Part shown: positions 56,001-64,000 of the stretch, one piece after another | Layout of the letters: each line of letters opens with the position of its first letter | How positions within the stretch are numbered: position 1 is the stretch's first letter | Origin: Caecitellus pseudoparvulus | Taxonomy: Eukaryota > Protista > Bigyra: Bicosoecida | Direction: 5' to 3' | Length of the DNA: 64,000 bases | Assembly: GCA_965644315.1 (NCBI GenBank) | Contig: CBFFRQ010000026.1 | Location: forward strand, 1 to 64,000 | Made by a program: the position numbers and the translations under genes | The notes under the pieces: model-generated | The model's database searches: none | What the model was told of the DNA's origin: nothing | Seen by the model: the letters and a program-made list of their open reading frames with translations, nothing else

Positions 56001-59000
56001 CCCCCCTCCTCGCCACAGCAGCCGCCGACGCCCAAGCCACAGGACGCCGTCCGATCTGGCGTCGCGGCAGTGCAGGTGGCACCTCACCTGCTGCACCCTG
56101 GTGGGCGTCTGGAGCGGGCGGGGCAGTACTCCGGTCGCTCGCTGACGGGGTCCGCCCGGGAAGAGTTCGCCCACGCCGCGGACATCGTAAGGGACCTGCT
56201 GCAGCCGGCAGCAGTGCACACGCAGCACACGGCGTGGGTGCGGCGGAACCTGCGCGGGGTGTGGGCGCAGGCGGCTGCGACGCTGCAGGCCATGGTCGCA
56301 CTGCGACCTGCCGAGGTGCCCGCGGCCGTGTCGACGCACCCCGTCATCCGCGCCAACGCCGTCACAGCCACGGCCAGCGGGGAGGCGCTGCCTCGGCTGG
56401 TCGCGGTCGCAGCGACCGACGACATCCACCGAGCTGCCCTGCTCACGTACAGCAGTCGAGGAGAGGTGACAGCTGCGGTGGTGGTGCCGGGCACACGCCC
56501 CCACATCGTCGTCGGGTACTCCTCTGGGCAGCTGCTGGTGTGGAGTCTGCACCGGCGGCGCCTGGTGGGGGTCGTCTCCGGCCTGCACTGCCACCCCATC
56601 ACCGCCCTGGCCCTCGCTCCGCACGCCGGTCGCACGCTGCTCGTGTCAGCTGACGAGCTGGGCTGCGTACACCTGTGGGACACGTCGTTCGTCCCCAACG
56701 TCGCGCTGTCACACGTGGCTGGGCACGCGGCGGGGGTGTTCCGCCGCCGGCCACCCGGAACAACGGAGCCCGACCGCCCCCGACCCATGTTCATCCCCTG
56801 CATGGCCACGTACACGCCCACCCCCGTGCAGGTGTACGAGGCAGGGGGCGGGGGTGGGGTGGAGCAGGATGGCGACGCGGGAGGGAGGGGTGTACAGGGG
56901 GGGGTCGGCTGGACCTCCCCCTCCCTCCCCTCCACACCCGACTACGTGTCGCGCGCCAAGGTGAAGGAGCGTGCCGCCGCCCTGCGACGCGAGGCCGCCC
57001 GCCGGGCCTGTGTGTTCCTACCTGGAACAGACGGCATCATCCGCTGTGTCGCCCTCGCCTCCCTCACCGTGCAGTGCGAGGTGGATGTGGGCGCTGCACT
57101 GCAGGAGGCGCTGGCAGCTGCCTTGCTTGTGGAGCGGGCCGAGGCGGCGAAACGGTTGACTCCCGCCCAGCGCGCCGCTGCTGCGTTGCAGACGCGGGCG
57201 AAGGGTGCCCGGCACCGCCTGCGAGCGAAGCGGAAGGGGGGGAATGGGGGTGGGGCCCCCTCCCCCCCCGTGTCCATTGTCGGACTGGCTGTTGTGGGGC
57301 GTCTCCTGGTCGCTGCGACGGCGGGTGGCGCCTTGCTGGGGTGGGACGTGCACTCGGCGGCGTTGCCTGGGGCGCCAGCTCCGCGTCTGCTGCGTTTCAC
57401 CCGGCATGCCCTGTTCCCATCTGGGCAGCCCCCCGCCCCGGTGGGGGTGCGGAGGGGGGGGGTGTCGGACCCCCCCTCCACCCCCCCTCTGGGCCCCCGC
57501 CGGGGCATGGCTGATGTGGTGGTGGATGCCATGGCAGAGGTGGCGGCCCACGCCACCGGCCTGCCGCGTTTCACGCAGACCAGCGTGCCCCGTGTCACGA
57601 CACTGGCTGCGGCGGGTGACTTGACACCCCCCTGCGTCGCCGTGGGGGGGGGCAACGGCGTGGTGGGCCTGTGGGCTGCGGACGTCCCCCCCTCGTCCCC
57701 GGCCGCCCCCGCCGCCTTCACCTGTGTCCACATGCTGGCGCAAGCCTGTGACCCCGTGCCCCCGTATGACCCCGTGGCTATGGAGGTGGCCATGCTACAC
57801 CAGGCGGCGTCCTTCGACAACGGCGTGGGGGTGGTGGGGGGCGTCACGGACGTGCTGGGCAGCACCATCATCAGCTCGGCCGTGCGGGAGCAAGACACCC
57901 CCGCCGCCGCACGTGCCGCGGCCCAGGCGGCGCTGCTGGCGGCGGATGCGGGGTTGCAGGTGGCTGCTTCGCCCCTGCGCGGGGCGGCGGTGATCGCCCT
58001 GCGACAGCGGTACGCCGCCGCCCGGTTCGGGGCGTTGTTGGCGGAGGAGTCCAAGTGGTCGCCTGCGACACGCCGACACCGCGCCAGGCTGGCAGCGACC
58101 TCCCCCATCGCAGCAGCCGCGCTGTCGTCAGCGTTGGCGGCACAGGCGTATGTGCGGGGGGCAGAGGGTGGGCCCACCCTCCGCCCGTCCGGGGCCAAAG
58201 ACGAGTCACCTGCGGCGAAAGTGTGGCGCCAGCGTGCGGAGGCAGATGGGCCCACCCTCCGCACGGCACGTCGCGGCGACGAACGCGACACGGCCGTCGT
58301 GCGGGTGCCCGTGCCGGGGACGTTTCCGCCCCTGCCGTCCCACCTGACGCTGCGCCCACCCCCCCTGGAGTCCATGCTGGGGGGGGGGTCCGTGTCGGAG
58401 TGGAGGGGCGGTGCGCCGCCCCCCCACACAGATGTCCTCTCCCGCACGGCAGCTGTCGTGGATTCTCTCGTCCTGGGGCGGGCTGCTGCTGCCGTGGCCC
58501 CCCGTGGGACCAGCCAGAGGGGGAGCCGACCAGGGCGGCCACAGGGGGGTTCGGGGGGGGGCCACGGTGCACATGTCCGGTCCGCGGACATCGCCGCCGC
58601 CCGCGCCTCCGCGGCCGTGTCCACGACCGTTAAGCACGGCGCACACCTGCTGTCCAGCAACCTGCCCCTGGCGCCGGGCGAAGTGACGTCACACATGGTG
58701 CTGCGCCTGCGTGACAGCCAGCGGGGGGCGGATGCGGGTGGGGACACCGCCGCCCCCGCCCAGTCCACGGACGTGGCACTGCGTGCAGACCGCCTGGCAG
58801 CCACCCTGCGAGCGTGGCGCCAGCTGTCGCAGCCTGTGCCGCAAGTCCCCGTGCGTGTGACGTCACTGCTGCACCGCCCCGACACACACTGCCTGGTGGT
58901 GGGGGCGGAGGACGGGCGGGTGTGGGTGTACATGCTGCCCGAGGCGCTGGCACCCGCCTCCCCGCCCCTGGACACGGAGCTGGACATCGAGGATGTCCTG

Positions 59001-59444
59001 GCGCCGCCCCTGCCTCACGACTACCGCCCCAGCTCCACGGCAGGCGGCAGTCGGCAGGGGGGGGGGTCGAGGGGGGGTGGGCAGGCGGCAGGCAGCCTGC
59101 CCATTCCTGAGGCGTCCCTGGGCTCAGCGAGCTTGCAGTCCTCTGCGTCTGGCGGGGAGGCGGAAGGGGCGGACACCGCCGCCTCCCCGCCTGGGGTGTC
59201 GGACCTCCCCCCCGGATACGTGCAGGCCCGGGTGGAGGTGGGGGGGTCGCCTGCCCGTCTGAGCCTGCACAAAGCGCGGCGGGGTGGGCCCCCTCGCCCC
59301 CCGCCTGGCACGCCCGGATCGGTACTGCAGGGAGCTGGTGAGGAGGAGGAGGAGGGGGAGGAGGATGCGGTGCTGCGCACGCCAGTGCAGGATGTGCTGG
59401 GGGGCCTCCTGCGGGGTGTGAGGGGGGGTGGAGCGCGAGCCTGA
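50006..59444 (+). CDS. Giant (about 3100 aa) dispersed-WD40 protein with low-complexity insertions; exon 50006-50152 then 50230 onward, with an apparent 1-nt frameshift at G9 51050-51058
   Basis: WD40-type blades occur in both ORFs (50122-51243 and 51000-59444): MLATGGRDGSILIFD, HRGGVEALAW..LLLSGGGDGILTLW, LTSVSSDGSVALWD, VVGYSSGQLLVWS, LVSADELGCVHLWD and LVVGAEDGRVWVY. Confidence 0.7.
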
Positions 59445-59540
59445 CGGCACGAAGCACAGGGCGGCACAACCCTCCCTCCCGACGCTCTCGAAGGTAAATG
59501 TCAATGTACAGTCGGAAACTGCACCCTCTCCTCCTGCATC

Positions 59541-61388
59541 ATGCTGTCTCGTGCAGCAACCGCTGCGGCTTCAGCCGCTCGCGCAGGTGAGTGCCACCAC
59601 GCCGAACTGATTGCCGCGGCATCACGCTGGGCGCGGTGGGCGACGAGCGCGCCGCCCAGCCGCCACGTTGAGCCGCGTAACGGGGACCATGTAGACTCAT
59701 GTTGCACCGCATGTTGCTGGCTCGCCTGCGGTGCGCCTGCACACTGCGCCGTGCTCGCGTCTCTCCGCAGGTGCTGGCCTGCGCGGAATTAGCCAGGCTG
59801 CCGCCGGCGTGGATGCCCGTGTGTGCGCCGTGATGGGCGGCCAATGGGGCGACGAAGGCAAGGGCAAGCTGGCAGATGTGTTGGCCAAAGGGTGCGTCCC
59901 TGACCGAGCGGCATTTCGCAGGATGCGCGCAAGATCCATGTGAGCGCAGCAACCCCCGCAACACGCGCGTGCACTTGTGCCCTGCGCAGGTACGACATCG
60001 TCGGGCGCTTCAACGGCGGCGCCAACGCAGGGCACACTGTCGTGGTGGGCGACAAGAAGTTCGCCTTTCACCTGCTGCCCTGCGGGCTGGTGTACCCCCA
60101 CACACAGAACATTCTGGGGAACGGTGCGTTGGGACACGCCGCCGCCGCTCAAAGAGCGCACGAGCACCCCACACCCCCTATCGCGCGCACACAGGCACGG
60201 TGATTCACCTGGGTGACCTCTTTGATGAGTTGGCTCCTCTGGATGCCGAGGGCATTGACTGGCGAGGGCGCCTGCACCTGTCAGACCGTGCCACGCTGCT
60301 GTTCGATTTCCACAAGGAAGTGGACGGCGTGTTGGAGGCACGCCGCGCAGCCGTGGCAGCCTCCGGCAAGGGCATCGGCACCACCAAGCGCGGCATCGGG
60401 CCAGGGTACGCCTCCAAGGTCACGCGCAACGCCGTGCGAGTGGGGCACATGAAGAACCGCGCCGTGCTGCACGAGCGCCTGACGCAGCTGGTGGAGGACA
60501 CACGGTTCATGTACGACATCGACATCGACCTTCAGGCGGAGCTGGACAAGGCGGACGCCTTCGCCGACAAGACCCGGGACATGGTGGTGGACGGCGTGGC
60601 GTACGTCAACTCCGCCTACGCGTCAGGCAAGCGCATCATCACAGAGGGCGCCAACGCCGCCATGCTGGACATCGACTACGGCACGTTCCCCTACGTCACC
60701 TCCTCCAGCACCACGGCAGGCGGCATTGCCACCGGCATGGGCCTGTCCCCTGACAAGATCCAGTCCGTCGTCGGCGTGCTCAAGGCGTACACGACCCGTG
60801 TCGGGGAGGGCCCCTTCCCCACGGAGCTGACGGACGAGCGGGGCGGCGGTGACTTGCCCCTGCACGCGCCAGGCACGGACATCGGACTGCACCTGCAGCA
60901 GGTGGGCGCTGAGGTGGGCGTCACGTGAGTCACCACAGCGGCAGCGTCACGCCGCGCCCCCCTTCACCCCCCCCCCCCCCCCCTCTTCGCGCAGGACGGG
61001 CCGCAAGCGCCGATGTGGGTGGCTGGACCTGGTGGTGGCGCAGTACGGGCATTTGCTGAACAATTACTCCAGCCTGAACATCACCAAGCTGGACGTCCTG
61101 GACGACCTGGACGAAATCCGCATCGGCGTCGGGTACAAGATCAACGGCCAGCGCCTGCCGTACGGCGCCATGCCTGCGCAGCTGGATGAGCTGGCGGCAG
61201 TGGAGGTGGAGTACGAGACGCTGCCGGGGTGGAAGACCAGCATCGCCCACTGCAAGACGTGGGAGGAGCTGCCCCCTGCCGCGCAGGCATACGTGCACCG
61301 CGTGGAGGAGGTGGTGGGCGTGCCTGTGTCGTGGATTGGGGTGGGGCCTGGCCGGGAGGCCATGGTGGCCAAGGGCTTCACGCCCTGA
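59541..61388 (+). CDS. ADSS: Adenylosuccinate synthetase; exons 59541-59586, 59771-59891, 59990-60123, 60195-60924, 60995-61388
   Basis: Motifs [81 protein letters not shown] and TKLDVLD. Four GT-AG introns with consistent phases. Confidence 0.96.
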
Positions 61389-61445
61389 GCGCGACCTCGA
61401 CGCGATCTCGGCGCGACTTCGCATTGAAAATGCATGCTGCGCCCT

Positions 61446-64000
61446 TCAACGGGTGGCCGGCGTGGGCCCAGTGCCCGCCTTGCCCCCCCGCCGCCGCCGC
61501 AGCGCAGCCCTGCGTTGAGCGCGGTACTCTTTGAACTGCGCCTCCTTGCGCGCACGAGCTGAGGTCGCGGGGGAAGGCACCCCGTGCGCCTTGAATGCCC
61601 GCGTCGGCCGCAGGTACGACTCCGTGCCAGCCACGGCGAAAGCGGTGGTGCCGGGGACACTGCCTGGTGGGCCCACCCACTTGCCCTGAGCGTCACGGTG
61701 GGGCACCGCGCCAGGCGCATCGCCCGCCGACCCCCCGCCATCCACGTCCCCGCCCCCCTCCTCCGCCGCCTCCGCGTCCGCTGCAGCCAGCAACGCAGCG
61801 AACTGGGCGTCTCGACTCGCACTGACGTCATCCTCAGTCAAGTGCCCTTCCAGGGCTGCGGCGAAGATGGCGCCACCGGTGCGCCCAGACACCCGCGACC
61901 CCATCACGCTGTCCATGTGCAGCACCTCATCCTCCTCCTCCGCTGCCGCGGCGGCGGCCGCCTCCGCCTCCGCCAAGGCGCCTGCCGCATCCAGCTGTGC
62001 GAGTGGAGTGGGCGACCCGCCCCCCCCCGCCACCCCCGCCACACGCACAGCCACCTCCCCCGTCACATCCCGGACACCGGGGCGGGGCCCCTCTGCCAGC
62101 TTGCGCTCCAGGGCGGCCTTGCGTACGGCTGCCCGGCGGGCCTGCAGGTCTTCGAAGGAGGAGCTGAGGCGGTTCAGCGAGAAGTCTGACACGTACTGCT
62201 TGAGGGCGCGCTGGGAGGCGGTGAGGCGGCTGCCGCCTGCCGTGCGGCTGGTGACGCCAGTCATCACAGAGGAGGCGTCCCCCCCGCCGGACCCCGCCCC
62301 CCCCTCCCGCTCCATGGACCCCTCCACCAGGGCGTTCGCCAGAGCCAGAGCGTCCAGCCCTCCAAGCGGGGCGTGGGGTGAGCGGCTGGCGGGGGCAGTG
62401 GGGGGGCGGCGGAGGGGGGGGCTGTCTCCTCCTCCATGGACCCCCCTCCCTCCACCGCCTCCCGTGCCAGGCGCTCAATGGGCGTCTCCCCCACGTCCGG
62501 TGCGAACTGCACCCCGCGCCGAGGGGGGGGGGCCTCCAGCACCACCTGGGGGGGGGGTTCAGGGGGGGCCACACCCCCCCCCTGTTCACGCGCCTGCAGT
62601 GCCTGGGACTGGCGGGCGTGGGCAGGGGGGGGCTTCTTCTTGCCTCGCTTCTTGCCCTTGGCCGCTGCTACCCGCCGCTGCAGCTTGGAGGGGGACACCT
62701 TGTCTGCGAAGTAGGTGGAGTTGGGGGGGGGGGCCTTCACACGGGGGCCGGTGGTCAGTGCGTCCCGGTCTGGGCTGTACCGCGTGAAGTGGCGCTTGTC
62801 TCTCGCAGCGACGTGGGGCAGCCACATGTGGCTGGGGATGCTGCGGGGAGGCGAGGCGGTGGGCGGGGACGTGGGCCCATCCTCCCCCACTTCGTCGCTG
62901 AACACGGCACTGCCGACACCCGACACGCCCGCACTGCGCCGGGTGGCCAGGGCGTGTTCCACGAACACCGTCATGGACGAGGGCGACCTCGCATCGCGCG
63001 ACGCCACCCTGCGACTGGGCACCTTGGCCCCCACGCCCGTCTTGCCCTGGGGGGACCCTGCCGCCGTCGCCACGAGACAGGTGTGCACTGCTGCTTGCAG
63101 TGGTGGGGGGGGCGCATCGCTCAGCGCCCAGCCAGGCAGCAGTACCCGCAGCAAGTGGTTCTCGGCGTCAGACACGACGACGAGGGGGGGCAGGTACTCC
63201 GAGGGGGGGGGGACCCCGCCCCCCCCCAGCCCAGCATGCGGCAGCACACACACGTCCATGGGGCAGCGGAAGGCTGCCCGCACAGCGGCGCCGTCGGCAT
63301 AACCCGCCTTGGAGGGGGGTACCAGGCGAGGGCGAGGGGGGGTGGCACCCCCCTCCACCATCTCCCCCGCCAGCCCCGGCACCGACCGCGCGACGTCGGC
63401 CGGGAGGAGGGTGCCGCCCGGCACGCCGACGGGGCCGGTGACGGACGTAACGTGGGCGAAACGCACGGCGAAGGGCACCTGCCGCCCCAGCCCTTGCAGC
63501 ATGCCCGCCCCCACGTCTGTGATGTTGAGGGCTGGGCCCAGCATGCGGATGGCGCCATTGCCGGAGTCGGCGATGAGCGCCACGGTGACGACACGTGGGC
63601 CCATGTCCTCCGCAGGTGGCGCCACCCGCCGCTCCTTGGCGCGCACCCGGTGCCGTCGGCTGGCACTGCCGCTGCGGCCCCGACTGGAGGACCGTGAGCG
63701 CCGAGAGGCCACGGACCGGCCGTCGTCCTCATCATCCGTGTCGAGGCCAGGGCTGGACCAGGCGGAGCCTGGGCTGATGGCCCGCAACAGGTGACTCTGC
63801 CCCGCCCCGCGCAAGTACTCGCCACGCACTGCGCGCTCGTACGCTTGGCGTGGCACGTGCAGCAGGGCCAAGCCGTGTGGTGCCCGCAGCAGAGCCCTGG
63901 CAGCAGGGCCGTCTCGGAAACCAGGCACACCGCTGCTGCCGCCGCCGCTGCTGCCTGTGGCGGGGGCCTTCGACTGGGGGCCGCCGGAAGGGGTGGGCCC
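61446..64000 (-). CDS. 3' part of a large NHL-repeat-like protein (5'-partial), apparent 1-nt frameshift at C-runs near 62400-62421
   Basis: Frame is open from the window end. NHL-like blades: ALIADSGNGAIRML and GYADG..AAFRCPMDVCV..VVSDAENHLLRVL. ORF 62264-63928 overlaps ORF 61446-62327 across homopolymer runs. Confidence 0.6.

Noticed and set aside
60967-60983. Long poly-C tract
   Set aside because: It lies in the polypyrimidine region of ADSS intron 4 and has no coding consequence.
46585-61388. DHODH and ADSS as a nucleotide-biosynthesis cluster
   Set aside because: Different pathways, opposite strands, and about 11 kb apart with unrelated genes between them.

Overview
GC-rich, very gene-dense eukaryotic nuclear DNA with short GT-AG spliceosomal introns (about 60-185 nt, donor often GTGCGT). 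It comes from a flagellated protist, since it carries an axonemal inner-arm dynein. A stramenopile is plausible, but that is inference only. Housekeeping genes reconstructed by hand-splicing are PRP39, RNA 3'-phosphate cyclase RTCA, TMEM161, cytochrome c (6 exons, three of them micro-exons), DNAH2-type dynein heavy chain, PPAN/Ssf1, class-2 DHODH, a UAS-UBX (FAF2/Ubx2-like) protein and adenylosuccinate synthetase. Several giant low-complexity proteins are also present (WD40, NHL-like, unknown). Two visibly less GC-rich accessory blocks flank the dynein gene. Block 1 (about 16-22.7 kb) holds a helical + putative pseudokinase + 114-bp tandem ankyrin-repeat gene converging on a degenerate-motif Hsp70 paralogue. 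Block 2 (about 38-43 kb) holds a STAND/Crinkler-like P-loop NTPase and two orphan membrane proteins, one predicted to be lipidated at both ends. These blocks are the best candidates for an undescribed, possibly defence-related system. No rRNA, tRNA, CRISPR array or clear transposon was recognised. All assignments rest on motif recognition by eye, with no database search.
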